A stretch of DNA of 31,998 bases from the IMG/VR virus record IMGVR_UViG_2724679538_000010, positions 1-31,998 of that record; one strand, 5' to 3'. Each line of letters opens with the position of its first letter. The stretch's first letter is position 1. Positions 1-8,801 of this stretch are shown one piece after another. The translations under genes and the position numbers were made by a program. The stretch comes from a virus. Its lineage: Duplodnaviria; Heunggongvirae; Uroviricota; Caudoviricetes. The notes under the pieces were generated by a model. The model was not told where the DNA came from and made no database searches. It saw nothing but the letters and a program-made list of their open reading frames with translations.

Positions 1-267
1 TCACATCCACATAATTTGCTGCCCTGACGGCAACGGGTGCGGCCTCACGGCGTGGACTTCTCCCGGCTTCACGGCGTGGACTTCTCCCGGCTTCACGGCG
101 TGGACTTCTCCCGGCTTCACGATGTAACGCTGTACCGACTCATAAGTGATGAACGTGGCGCTGCAATTCACGTTCTGGCACTGGTGATAACGCTCTTTTG
201 TCGTGTCAGTGATATAGCGACTTGTACGCGCATGTGCGGCATGCTGGCATAAAGGACAATGAAACAT
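1..267 (-). CDS. ogr: Ogr late-gene transcription activator (zinc finger), carrying a C-terminal 3x8-aa repeat
   Basis: Translation from internal Met MFHCPLCQHAAHARTSRYITDTTKERYHQCQNVNCSATFITYESVQRYI...PLPSGQQIMWM matches P2 Ogr with Cys-rich zinc finger; stop at 1-3; start moved to 265-267 because the upstream 21 codons of the listed ORF are not part of Ogr. Confidence 0.85.
   Translation of the reverse strand: MFHCPLCQHAAHARTSRYITDTTKERYHQCQNVNCSATFITYESVQRYIVKPGEVHAVKPGEVHAVKPGEVHAVRPHPLPSGQQIMWM
47..118. repeat. Perfect 24-bp tandem repeat x3 (cacggcgtggacttctcccggctt) inside ogr, encoding VKPGEVHA x3
   Basis: Three identical 24-nt units at 47-70, 71-94 and 95-118, visible directly; in frame with ogr on the minus strand. 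Confidence 0.95.
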
Positions 268-348
268 CGCGAGCACCTCTTCCGGTTTTGTTGATGGTGC
301 TATTTTAGTTAATTTATCCTTATAAAACAAACAGATAAAATAAAAACA

Positions 349-1512
349 TCACTCATCATCTTCTGTTTCATACTCCACATCAGAAAGCCTGACCTCAAGC
401 TCTAAGGACGTCGTGAAGCCGCTATTATTCAGAAAATGTGTCACCTTAGTGATTGTCCAGTCCTGCTCGTCTATGACGCGCTTAAAGCCAGACACTTTGA
501 CCGGTGTTTCCGTGTAAATATCTGCCCGACCGGTAGCCAGGCTGATGGAGAACTCCGCAACGCCCCGTTGCAGTTTATCCCACTTCGCCTGAGCGGCGCG
601 CATGGCCTGCGCTTTCGTGGCATATACCGTGGTCAGGGCAAAAACGTTGTCAGCCTCACCGGCCATGTATTCACCTTCGCGCGCTTCCGGTACTTTTGGC
701 GCTTTCTTCTGCGTGACCGGTTTCGCTTTGGGGTGCTCCAGTGCGCGCAGGTGTTTCTCTTTCTTTTTGCGTTTCAGTTTTACCTTCTGCTTTTGCGGCT
801 TCGGGTCTTTGGTGTGTAACCACTTTGCCGTTACGCCGGTGTAGGCTCCACGGTCAGCAATCGCAAAATGATGACGGTCGCCGTCGCTGCGGGTTATGGT
901 AATCTGCGGGATTTTTTTGCCGCTGGCCGTCACCCCCTGCCCCGCTTTGAGAAACAACAGTTTTCCCATTTTTACCGACACCTCACCGCCGTTGCGTTCA
1001 GCAAGGCGGGTCAGGAATTTTGCATCAGACTCCTGCGACTGGTCGATGTGCGGGATTTTAATTCCGGCCAGTGACGGCGCGACACTGGCTTCCAGCCTGT
1101 TACGGGAGGCTATCACCTCAACAATCGCACCGAGCGTGGTGTCATGCCAGGAGCCTTCACGGCGGGAATTGAGCGTCCCGCGAAAATCTGCACTCCGGGC
1201 GCGGATGGTAACCACATCCGGCGCGCCCCGGTGTTCAACCTCATCAACGGTAAATTTCCCTTTGCATACCAGGGCAAAACCTTTCCAGCCGATATACACC
1301 GTCAGGACAGCGCCACGAACCGGCAGCCCGACCTGCCCGTCGGCATCGTTCAGTTCAATATCAAGCTGGTCAGCCTCAAAGCCCCGGTTATCCGTCAGGG
1401 TCATGCTCATCAGACGGTCGCTGATATTGCCGGTAATATCCCTGCTGTCGAGCATCAGCATGTAATCCGGCGTCAGCGTACTGCCTGCATCAAATGTCAG
1501 CGCATCCAGCAT
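349..1512 (-). CDS. D: Tail protein D (late control/tail gene D)
   Basis: 387-aa ORF, N-terminus MLDALTFDAGSTLTPDYMLMLDSRDITGN typical of P2 gpD family; position between U and ogr. Confidence 0.85.
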   Translation of the reverse strand: MLDALTFDAGSTLTPDYMLMLDSRDITGNISDRLMSMTLTDNRGFEADQLDIELNDADGQVGLPVRGAVLTVYIGWKGFALVCKGKFTVDEVEHRGAPDVVTIRARSADFRGTLNSRREGSWHDTTLGAIVEVIASRNRLEASVAPSLAGIKIPHIDQSQESDAKFLTRLAERNGGEVSVKMGKLLFLKAGQGVTASGKKIPQITITRSDGDRHHFAIADRGAYTGVTAKWLHTKDPKPQKQKVKLKRKKKEKHLRALEHPKAKPVTQKKAPKVPEAREGEYMAGEADNVFALTTVYATKAQAMRAAQAKWDKLQRGVAEFSISLATGRADIYTETPVKVSGFKRVIDEQDWTITKVTHFLNNSGFTTSLELEVRLSDVEYETEDDE

Positions 1513-1991
1513 TATCCCGCCCCCGTCATACCCGTGAATCTGGTCGCCATACTGCCAGCTTTACCGATGAGCGATTCCGCCTGTTTACCGATATCGCCAT
1601 AAAGCGCGGCCAGTGATTCATCAACGCGGGTGAGCGACAGCGTAAAATCAATTTTCCGGGGTGTGCCGTCTGCAAAGAAAATACTCCCTGTTTCACTCAC
1701 CCTGCTGATGACATACATGCCGTAAATCATGCCGGTGCCATCCAGCAACGGCCACGCCCGGCCTTCCTCTGCCATCAGCCTGAGCGTGGTCATCGTCAGC
1801 TTTCCGCCGGTCAGTTCGGGATAAAGCACACCGGCAAGCGTCATGTTTTCCTCGCCAACACCGAGAAACTGGTAGGCATCCCGTTTACCGATACGGGAAT
1901 TTGACGGCCAGCGATAATCAGATTCACGCTGCATGGTCTGGTGTGGCAGCGTCTGGCGCATAAAAACAAACATACCTAACGCGAGCATCAT
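1512..1991 (-). CDS. U: Tail protein U
   Basis: 159-aa ORF matching P2 gpU length and position; ATGA overlap with D start. Confidence 0.85.
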   Translation of the reverse strand: MMLALGMFVFMRQTLPHQTMQRESDYRWPSNSRIGKRDAYQFLGVGEENMTLAGVLYPELTGGKLTMTTLRLMAEEGRAWPLLDGTGMIYGMYVISRVSETGSIFFADGTPRKIDFTLSLTRVDESLAALYGDIGKQAESLIGKAGSMATRFTGMTGAG

Positions 1992-2005
1992 TTTTCGTCA
2001 CCTCC

Positions 2006-4453
2006 TTAACCGTCATGCATCATGCTGGCACGGGCGCGCGCACGTTTATCCCGCTCGTATTTTTCGAGCGCATCCTGTAACTGGCGGTCAAGCTGTGTCC
2101 CCGGCGCAGTACCACCCGTCAGGCTGATGTGATATTCGTTTTTACTCTGGTCCACATAAGAGCGGCCAGCCGGTGCCGTAACCGGCTGATAAGCCTGATA
2201 GCCTGCATAAGAGCTGGTCGCCGGAATATAACCACCGTTGCCATACGTGGCGGCTTGAGTTCTGGCGGCGGTCTGGTCAAGTGTGTCTGACTCTTTGTTG
2301 ATAACACCGAGTTTTTCCAGTACCCAGTCAATTCCGCTGCGCAGTTTGTTGAACGCATTAAGCGGCAGCATCAGCGCGTCAGCCAGTGCCTGCCCGAACA
2401 TGACACCAGTATCACGGCAACGGTTCAGGGTGTCCTGGGTGGCTTTGACCGGGGCAATCAGGTTTTTAAACCACTGCCACGCGGCCTGTAACTTTTCGCC
2501 CAGCCAGTCAAACACCGGCTTAAGTGGCGTGAACAGTTCCCCCACCGGCGCAAATGCCGCTTTCAGCCCTTCCATCACACCGCCAAAGAATGCGCTGACA
2601 GGCTCCCAGTATTTACGGATAAGCAACGCCCCGGCGACAATGGCGGCCACCACGGCCACAACCGGCCAGCTAATCGCCCCGATGGCGGTCATAACAGCAC
2701 TGCCAACCGTCGTGAAGATTGCCCCCATTGCGCCTGCTGCCGCGATGATGGCATTGATGCCGGTGATAACCGGCCAGGCTACAAGACCAATGGCACCGAT
2801 GATGCCAGTAAGCGCCAGCGCGCCACCGACAATGAGGCCAATGGTTGACGCCAGTGATTTGTTTTTCTGTATCCAGCCGTCGAGTTTTAACACATACTTT
2901 GTGGCCGTCTGCGTGAGCTTACGCAGTGCGCCTTCCTGCTGGTCAAACAGGTCAGTCCCCACCGCCTCATAAGCGGACTGAAACTCCTTAAAGTCACCGC
3001 CGAGATTGTCCTGCATGATATTTACCAGCTCTGCGGTCTTCCCGTCTGAGGCTTTAAACGCAGCGGTCAGTTTGTCCAGCTTTCCGGTTGAGGCGGCAGT
3101 CATCAGCACAGCGGCGGATGAGCTGGCCTCCTCCCCGAAAATGGTTTTCATGTATTCGGCCTGCTGGGCAGTACCGAGCCGGTTTTTCTCAAAACTGGCC
3201 TGCATTTCTTTCAGAATGGTAAATACTGGTCGGGTATTCCCCTTACTGTCTGAGGTTTTCACGCCAAGCTCTTTGAGTGCATCCCATGCTTTTCCCGTTG
3301 GTGCCTGCAGGCGACTTAACACGGCACGGCTTCCCGTCCCCGCCATTGAGCCTGTGATTTTTGCATCATGCAGTGCCCCGACCATTGCGGCGGTTTCTTC
3401 AATGCTGACACCGGCATTTTTTGCCACAGGTGCGGCATAGGTCAGCGCATCGCTCATGCCGTCAAAATCGGCGGCGGTTTTGTTCATCGTCATGGAGAGA
3501 ACATCCCCGATATGAGCGACCTTATCGTTTGAAAGCTGAAAGGCGGATTTCATCCCCATCAGCAGGGCGGCGTTTTCTTCCATCGTGCGGCGGTTCGCCA
3601 GCGCCATATTCAGCGTGACCGGCGTTGCCGCCTGAATGGCATCAACATCCCCACCCGCTTTCGCGATGATTATCTGTGCACCGGCCGCATCATCCGCTGA
3701 GGCGGCGGTATTGTCACCGAGCTGGCGCGCCTGCTTGCGTAGTGCAGCCATTTCGGCGGAGTCTTTTGCCACACCGAGCACAGCCTGCAATTCTGAGTTT
3801 TTCTGCGCAAACTCATAACCGGGCATCAGCAGCTTAACTCCGGCCATCGTTCCCGCAGCAGCAATCCCCACACCGGCAGCGCCCACTGAGGCCATATTTC
3901 CTGCCAGTTCTTTTCCGGCCTGATAACGCTGTTTGACTGCGTTAAGTTTTGCCTGTTGTGCACTGACACGTGCCAGTGCGTCGCGCTGACGGTTAAGCTG
4001 TGCGGTGGTTTCACTGATACGGTTTTTCAGTCCCTGCTCATCATGTGCAAGATTGCGGGTATTAATTCCCACAGCGGCCAGTTCCCGCTGCTGGCGTTTA
4101 ATGGAATCTGTCAGGCGGTTATATTTCGCCTGTAAGTCCTCCGCCGCACGCTTTGCGGATTCCAGCACTTTCGCCTGAGCACGGGTCGGACGTTCAGTGT
4201 TTTTAAACTGTGTGGCAAGGGCTTCGGCTTCCTGCCGTGCCTTTTCAAGTGCATGACCAGTCACGGCAAGCTGTGCGCTGGTCTTGCGAAATCCCTCAAT
4301 ACGGGATGCGTGACCGTTCAGCTCGCGCAGTGATTTTTGTGTTTCCCGGATATCCCCCGACAGCGACTTACTCGCTGTGCGGATGGATTTAAACGGGCGG
4401 GATGCCTGGTCAACAGCCCTGAGCAATACCTGTAATTTTACATTGTTACTCAT
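2006..4453 (-). CDS. T: Tail tape measure protein T
   Basis: 815-aa ORF, coiled-coil-rich N-terminal half and Gly/Ala-rich hydrophobic central region typical of tape measure proteins; follows E/E'. Confidence 0.9.
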   Translation of the reverse strand: MSNNVKLQVLLRAVDQASRPFKSIRTASKSLSGDIRETQKSLRELNGHASRIEGFRKTSAQLAVTGHALEKARQEAEALATQFKNTERPTRAQAKVLESAKRAAEDLQAKYNRLTDSIKRQQRELAAVGINTRNLAHDEQGLKNRISETTAQLNRQRDALARVSAQQAKLNAVKQRYQAGKELAGNMASVGAAGVGIAAAGTMAGVKLLMPGYEFAQKNSELQAVLGVAKDSAEMAALRKQARQLGDNTAASADDAAGAQIIIAKAGGDVDAIQAATPVTLNMALANRRTMEENAALLMGMKSAFQLSNDKVAHIGDVLSMTMNKTAADFDGMSDALTYAAPVAKNAGVSIEETAAMVGALHDAKITGSMAGTGSRAVLSRLQAPTGKAWDALKELGVKTSDSKGNTRPVFTILKEMQASFEKNRLGTAQQAEYMKTIFGEEASSSAAVLMTAASTGKLDKLTAAFKASDGKTAELVNIMQDNLGGDFKEFQSAYEAVGTDLFDQQEGALRKLTQTATKYVLKLDGWIQKNKSLASTIGLIVGGALALTGIIGAIGLVAWPVITGINAIIAAAGAMGAIFTTVGSAVMTAIGAISWPVVAVVAAIVAGALLIRKYWEPVSAFFGGVMEGLKAAFAPVGELFTPLKPVFDWLGEKLQAAWQWFKNLIAPVKATQDTLNRCRDTGVMFGQALADALMLPLNAFNKLRSGIDWVLEKLGVINKESDTLDQTAARTQAATYGNGGYIPATSSYAGYQAYQPVTAPAGRSYVDQSKNEYHISLTGGTAPGTQLDRQLQDALEKYERDKRARARASMMHDG

Positions 4454-4873
4454 TCGTGTTTCCGCTTCGCCGGAGCGCCTTTTCGCGCCATGTGATGAGT
4501 TCGGTCAGGCTCATGAGATACAGTTCTGATGGCGGCCAGTGAAATATCACTGCCACATCCGCCATCAGGTCATCGACCGACAGATTTTTCGGAAACGTCA
4601 CTGCACCGAGTTCGGCGACAAAAAACCGACCACCTTACCGGCCAGCGCCACAAGGTCAGGCAGTTCCAGCGCGGCGACTTCCTGCTCGGTCAGCATCGGT
4701 GCAGTCATGCGCGGCAGCACTTTAATCAGTGCATCGACTTCGGAGTTTGCGACCGCAGCCAGACTGACACCGCGCAGCGTCCCGGCACTGGGTTTCATCA
4801 GCGTGACCTGTTCGATAACCTGCTCACCACGCTTGACCGGATTGTCCAGGGTAATCACATTTTCTTTGTTCAT
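4446..4873 (-). CDS. E': Tail assembly chaperone E+E' made by -1 programmed ribosomal frameshift
   Basis: Manual translation of the -1 frame after the T TTT TTG site gives an open extension (VAELGAVTFPKNLSVDDLMADVAVIFHWPPSELYLMSLTELITWREKALRRSGNTNE) ending at a TAA at 4446-4448, overlapping the T start codon. Confidence 0.7.
4598..4873 (-). CDS. E: Tail assembly chaperone E
   Basis: 91-aa ORF ending ...VVGFLSPNSVQ; slippery heptamer T TTT TTG at its 3' end (plus-strand 4619-4625). Confidence 0.85.
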   Translation of the reverse strand: MNKENVITLDNPVKRGEQVIEQVTLMKPSAGTLRGVSLAAVANSEVDALIKVLPRMTAPMLTEQEVAALELPDLVALAGKVVGFLSPNSVQ

Positions 4874-4929
4874 GGTTTTCTCACTTATGAATCGGGGTTA
4901 ACCGGTCAGCCAGGCTGACCGGATGAAAA

Positions 4930-5448
4930 TCACAGGCCGATATTGCGGCGGTGTAGCTCCAGCCGGTCGACGCCGTTCACCTTCTCAATCATGTTGATGG
5001 TGTCAATTTCGACCAGCTCCTTACCGTCCATCGTCAGCCGGAAATAGGTACAGACCACGGAGATTTTCGACTCGGTGTCTTCTCCCTGTTTACCCTCGCC
5101 GGTGTCGATTTCTTTCTGACGACCACGCATGACCACTTCGACGGCCACCGTTTCGCCGGTATCGTCACGCTGGTAAGAGCCAGCAAAACGAATCGGCACG
5201 GCATCCACACCGGTTGCGGCGTAAAGCTCCCAGATAACCGAATCCGGGAAGCCCCCGAGCGACCACTCCATTGACAGCGCATCGTCATCAAGGCCGAGGT
5301 CTACCGGTGCGCTGCCGTTCATCCCCGCACCGCGATAGTTTTCGAGCTTACGGGTCAGTTTTGGCAGCGTGACGGACTTTGCAACGCCCTGATAGCTGTA
5401 GCCGTTCAGAAAGACGTTCATTAACTTGAGTTTGCGCGGCATTGCCAT
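4930..5448 (-). CDS. FII: Tail tube protein FII
   Basis: 172-aa ORF; length and position match P2 FII. Confidence 0.85.
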   Translation of the reverse strand: MAMPRKLKLMNVFLNGYSYQGVAKSVTLPKLTRKLENYRGAGMNGSAPVDLGLDDDALSMEWSLGGFPDSVIWELYAATGVDAVPIRFAGSYQRDDTGETVAVEVVMRGRQKEIDTGEGKQGEDTESKISVVCTYFRLTMDGKELVEIDTINMIEKVNGVDRLELHRRNIGL

Positions 5449-5460
5449 CGGTCAGGCTCC

Positions 5461-6651
5461 TTAATTGCTGTTAACCGAGGTGACCAGATTTGCCAGGTAT
5501 TTATCGGTAATACGCTGGCGCAGGGTCAGGTTTTCAAGAGGAGGCACCGGGGTATAGTCGTAGTCGATATACAGTTTTCCGGCCTTAAGGGTTTCCGCAT
5601 CGTTGGATTCTTCGCTGAACCAGCAGGTCGCATCCACGATATAGCCGTTTGTTTTCAGCTCACGGAATTTGGCATTGATGCCGTCAACGATGTCGCGAAT
5701 CAGCGTTGCGGTGATGGGCTTGTCCACCGCCCACATGTGCGCCTCAGCCATCGTGTCGGCCAGCACCTGCGCGGTGCGGGTGTAGTTTTCAAAGAGGAAC
5801 AGCGGGTCATCAGAGCAGGTACGGTTACCCCAGAATCGGAAACCGTCGCGTCGAATCAGCGTTGTGACGCCAGACTCGTTAAGCAGGTCAGCATCGGTAC
5901 CGGACTCCTGCAAATCCCAGAATACGGACGCGCTGATGCCGGTAACACCGTTTACCCCGACGTTGGACAGCGTTTTATGCCAGCCCTGCTCCTGGTCGAT
6001 TCTGGCACGCAGACCCAGCGCACGGGCGGTGGCATACGCGGTGGCGATGGTACTGGTGACCGTATCCCATGCGAGGAAATCCGGCCAGATGACCATCAGC
6101 TCACGCTGACTGAAATTCTGGCGGTAGGCTTTCACCTCGGAAATGGTTTTACAGCCCCATGCGCTGATATACCCGAAAGCGCGCAGCTTCTGGCAGACTG
6201 ATGCCAGTGCAACAGCCACCTCTTTGGTGTCCAGTCCCGGCACACCGAGAATACGCGGTTTAACACCGGTTACCGACTCTGCCGCCAGCAGGGCTTTCAG
6301 TCCGGTATACTGACCGTTTTCGTCAGTGGTGCCGATGATATTGGAAACGGTCTGCGCGAGTTTCGTTTCTTCGTCGTCGCCGGTGCCGTCTTCCACACGC
6401 ACGACAACGGTGACCGGTTTTGACTGGTCAGCGATGGCCTGCAGCGACGCCGCCAGCGTGCCTTTTTTACCGGCCTTTGCAATTGCGCTCTGCACATTGG
6501 TAATCAGCACCGGTTTATTGAGGGGGAAGGTTTCCGCATCTGCATCGCTGGCCGTACAGACCATGCCGACAATGGCAGTGGATACGGTGGAAATGACGCG
6601 GGTGCCGTCGTTAATCTCCAGCACCTGCACGCCGTGATGATAGTCACTCAT
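5461..6651 (-). CDS. FI: Contractile tail sheath protein FI
   Basis: 396-aa ORF; length and position match P2 FI sheath protein. Confidence 0.9.
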   Translation of the reverse strand: MSDYHHGVQVLEINDGTRVISTVSTAIVGMVCTASDADAETFPLNKPVLITNVQSAIAKAGKKGTLAASLQAIADQSKPVTVVVRVEDGTGDDEETKLAQTVSNIIGTTDENGQYTGLKALLAAESVTGVKPRILGVPGLDTKEVAVALASVCQKLRAFGYISAWGCKTISEVKAYRQNFSQRELMVIWPDFLAWDTVTSTIATAYATARALGLRARIDQEQGWHKTLSNVGVNGVTGISASVFWDLQESGTDADLLNESGVTTLIRRDGFRFWGNRTCSDDPLFLFENYTRTAQVLADTMAEAHMWAVDKPITATLIRDIVDGINAKFRELKTNGYIVDATCWFSEESNDAETLKAGKLYIDYDYTPVPPLENLTLRQRITDKYLANLVTSVNSN

Positions 6652-6754
6652 CCGTTTAACTCCGTGGTTAATGGGTGCAACTATTTTCTGTTGGGTAGTG
6701 CATGAGACGCTATTTGACCTGGCTGGTCAGTGGATGAAACAACAGATAAAGAAA

Positions 6755-6775
6755 AGGCGGGCAATCCGCCCGCCT
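6755..6775 (-). terminator. Intrinsic-terminator-like hairpin oriented for the minus strand (8-bp GC stem aggcgggc/gcccgcct, 5-nt loop, followed on the minus strand by TTTTCTTT)
   Basis: Inverted repeat read directly from the sequence; T-rich tract only on the minus-strand side. Confidence 0.45.
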
Positions 6776-7139
6776 GCCTTGATTTATACTCTCTCAGTTT
6801 CCAACTGACAAATTACGTAACCAAAATTCTGTCAAATCTGACCGCCTGTTTGAGCAAGAAGCGGATGTTTGCCCCTTTTCTCGTCGTTGATGAGGTTTTA
6901 ACGAACCAATATATCGGCCAAATGGCAGCTAATCAGGATGCAGAACGAGTGGGTATTGAATGCCTTCAGGTTAGGCCTGACAAAATCCCCAGGGGAAAAT
7001 ATCAACCTTTGGACTTTCTGATTACTTAATGAAAGATGGCTTTAGGCATCTTTTTTATGATAATTTCTGGCAAACTACTTTTTTTGTTTATATAAAAACT
7101 ATAATATTGGGTTTAACTCACCCAAAGGGAATATTTAAT

Positions 7140-8063
7140 ATGGCAATAAATCAAAAAGACATCAAATTGTTGTGGGGCCGTTCCGGAAATCGATGTGCAA
7201 TTTGTAGGAGAGAGTTGACACAGGATAAGAACTCCGTTAATTCCGCATTTACACTGGGGGAACAGGCACATATTATTGGAGAGAAGGAAGATGCGGCTCG
7301 AGGAAAATCGAATTTAACTCTGGATGAAAGAAATAGTTATCACAATCTTATTCTCCTTTGCCCAAACCATCATACGGAAATTGATAGAAATGTAGAAGAT
7401 TGGCCAGCCGAAAAACTCTATAACGTTAAGTCAGCACATGAGTTATGGGTTTCTGAAACTCTTAGTAGAGTTGAAGATAAATTTTTTCTAGCCAAGCAAG
7501 TTTCAGTAACTTCAATAATTGACTCCGCAGTAAAATATTGTCGTTTAGAAAATTGGCAGAATTGGACTAGCTTTGCATTATCATCAGATCCTAAGTGGCC
7601 TAAAAATTTACCCGATGATATATTTGAATTTCGGCAAAAAGTCATTTCCGCTATATGGCCTAATGAGTTTGATGAACTGCGAAGAGCCACTGAAACATTT
7701 TCCATAACCCTTAACATAGCCGCCCAAACTTTCATGGAACATTCTAAACTTTATGAAGACACTTATTATCCAGATAAATTTTATAAAACTGGTGGCTGGA
7801 ATGTTAATTATGAAGAAGACGTTGAAAAATATAAGCAATGGATTCAAGAATGTCATAATTGGTTAGTGGAAGCCACAAAATCAGCTAATTGGTTTGCTGA
7901 TGTTGTTCGTAGAGATATTAATCCCATGTTCTTTGCAGAGAAAGGGCGATTCTTAACCATGGAAGGTGATATTCTAGGTTTTAAGGCTAAATTACATGTT
8001 TATACCAAAGAACAAAGAGATTCACTGCCTGACTCACTTGATTTGACAATGAACCCTCATTAA
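7140..8063 (+). CDS. HNH-nuclease-domain protein with an uncharacterised C-terminal domain; cargo gene at the P2 Z/fun position
   Basis: N-terminus has C-x2-C (CAICRR), AHIIGE and NLILLCPNHH motifs consistent with an HNH zinc-finger nuclease fold; AT-rich codon usage unlike the flanking backbone; start chosen at the Met preceded by AAGGGA, an upstream in-frame ATG at 7029 is the alternative. Confidence 0.6.
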   Translation: MAINQKDIKLLWGRSGNRCAICRRELTQDKNSVNSAFTLGEQAHIIGEKEDAARGKSNLTLDERNSYHNLILLCPNHHTEIDRNVEDWPAEKLYNVKSAHELWVSETLSRVEDKFFLAKQVSVTSIIDSAVKYCRLENWQNWTSFALSSDPKWPKNLPDDIFEFRQKVISAIWPNEFDELRRATETFSITLNIAAQTFMEHSKLYEDTYYPDKFYKTGGWNVNYEEDVEKYKQWIQECHNWLVEATKSANWFADVVRRDINPMFFAEKGRFLTMEGDILGFKAKLHVYTKEQRDSLPDSLDLTMNPH

Positions 8064-8197
8064 GAACTAAGTGTAATGATTACTATTATATCATACAAAT
8101 TGCTCCAACAAGAATGGTGGCATTGAAGAGTTCAATGCGAGACTACTATAATGGCATAATCATGCTTTTAACATAAATTATTCATAATGTTATAAAC

Positions 8198-8221
8198 GTC
8201 CGCTCTTGGCACAGAGCGGAC
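8198..8221. terminator. Hairpin between convergent genes (9-bp stem gtccgctct/agagcggac, 6-nt loop), likely bidirectional terminator
   Basis: Perfect inverted repeat lying between the 3' ends of the HNH gene (+) and G (-). Confidence 0.5.
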
Positions 8222-8270
8222 TGTCAGATTAGGCTTTACTCTGTGCTATAGGTATGTAAGCTCATACAAC

Positions 8271-8798
8271 TTATTGCGGCATTTCCGGCCATTCAGGATT
8301 TGCAGGATCCACACGGCTGACCAGAACGCTGTAGCGTTCCCATGACTCCAGTCGTGCACGTTCCTCATCCGTCGCCATATTCAGCCTGACAGCGCGTTCC
8401 AGTGGCTGAATAACGCTTTCCGCTTCGGAAAGTAACGCGGCCTTTTGTGATTCTGCCTGTTGTTGCTGTTCATCTGCCGTATAAATCCGTTTAACCACAG
8501 CACCATCCTTAAACATCCATTTACCTGAGTCGTCAGCACGTCGATTGGAGGTAATATCAGGAACCTCAACAACGCTAAAACCTTCAGGATTAAGCGTTGA
8601 AGCATCTCTGGTGATGGCGACAATAATATTATTTTCATCGTAAACAATCTTTATTGTGTCTGGCTGAAAGTTCTTCACTTCCTCATACCAGTTTTTTCCG
8701 TCTTCGGACCATAACCAGATAACATCAAAATTCTTTGTTAGCTGATATTGTTCTTTTGTTTTTGGATTACCTGACTTAATGTTCTTTAAATGCTGCAT
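8271..8798 (-). CDS. G: Tail fibre assembly protein G
   Basis: 175-aa ORF immediately downstream of the tail fibre gene; length matches P2 G; AT-rich 5' half typical of tail fibre assembly genes. Confidence 0.8.
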   Translation of the reverse strand: MQHLKNIKSGNPKTKEQYQLTKNFDVIWLWSEDGKNWYEEVKNFQPDTIKIVYDENNIIVAITRDASTLNPEGFSVVEVPDITSNRRADDSGKWMFKDGAVVKRIYTADEQQQQAESQKAALLSEAESVIQPLERAVRLNMATDEERARLESWERYSVLVSRVDPANPEWPEMPQ

Positions 8799-8801
8799 AA
8801 C

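Noticed and set aside
37-252. 71-aa plus-strand ORF (MRPHGVDFSRLHGVDFSRLHGVDFSRL...)
   Set aside because: Antisense to ogr and created entirely by the 24-bp tandem repeat; no independent start signal.
349-1512. Lys-rich segment (PKPQKQKVKLKRKKKEKHLRALEHPKAKP...) in gpD that looked like an insertion
   Set aside because: Total length (387 aa) matches what I recall for P2 D, so the segment is probably a native linker rather than an insertion; needs alignment to confirm.
2283-3818. Several 60-230-aa plus-strand ORFs inside gene T
   Set aside because: Antisense to a well-supported 815-aa tape measure gene; long antisense ORFs are expected in GC-rich repetitive coding DNA.
6730-7029. 99-aa plus-strand ORF upstream of the HNH gene
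   Set aside because: Begins inside the terminator hairpin, has no SD and a low-complexity non-protein-like sequence; more likely the 5' untranslated/promoter region of the cargo gene.
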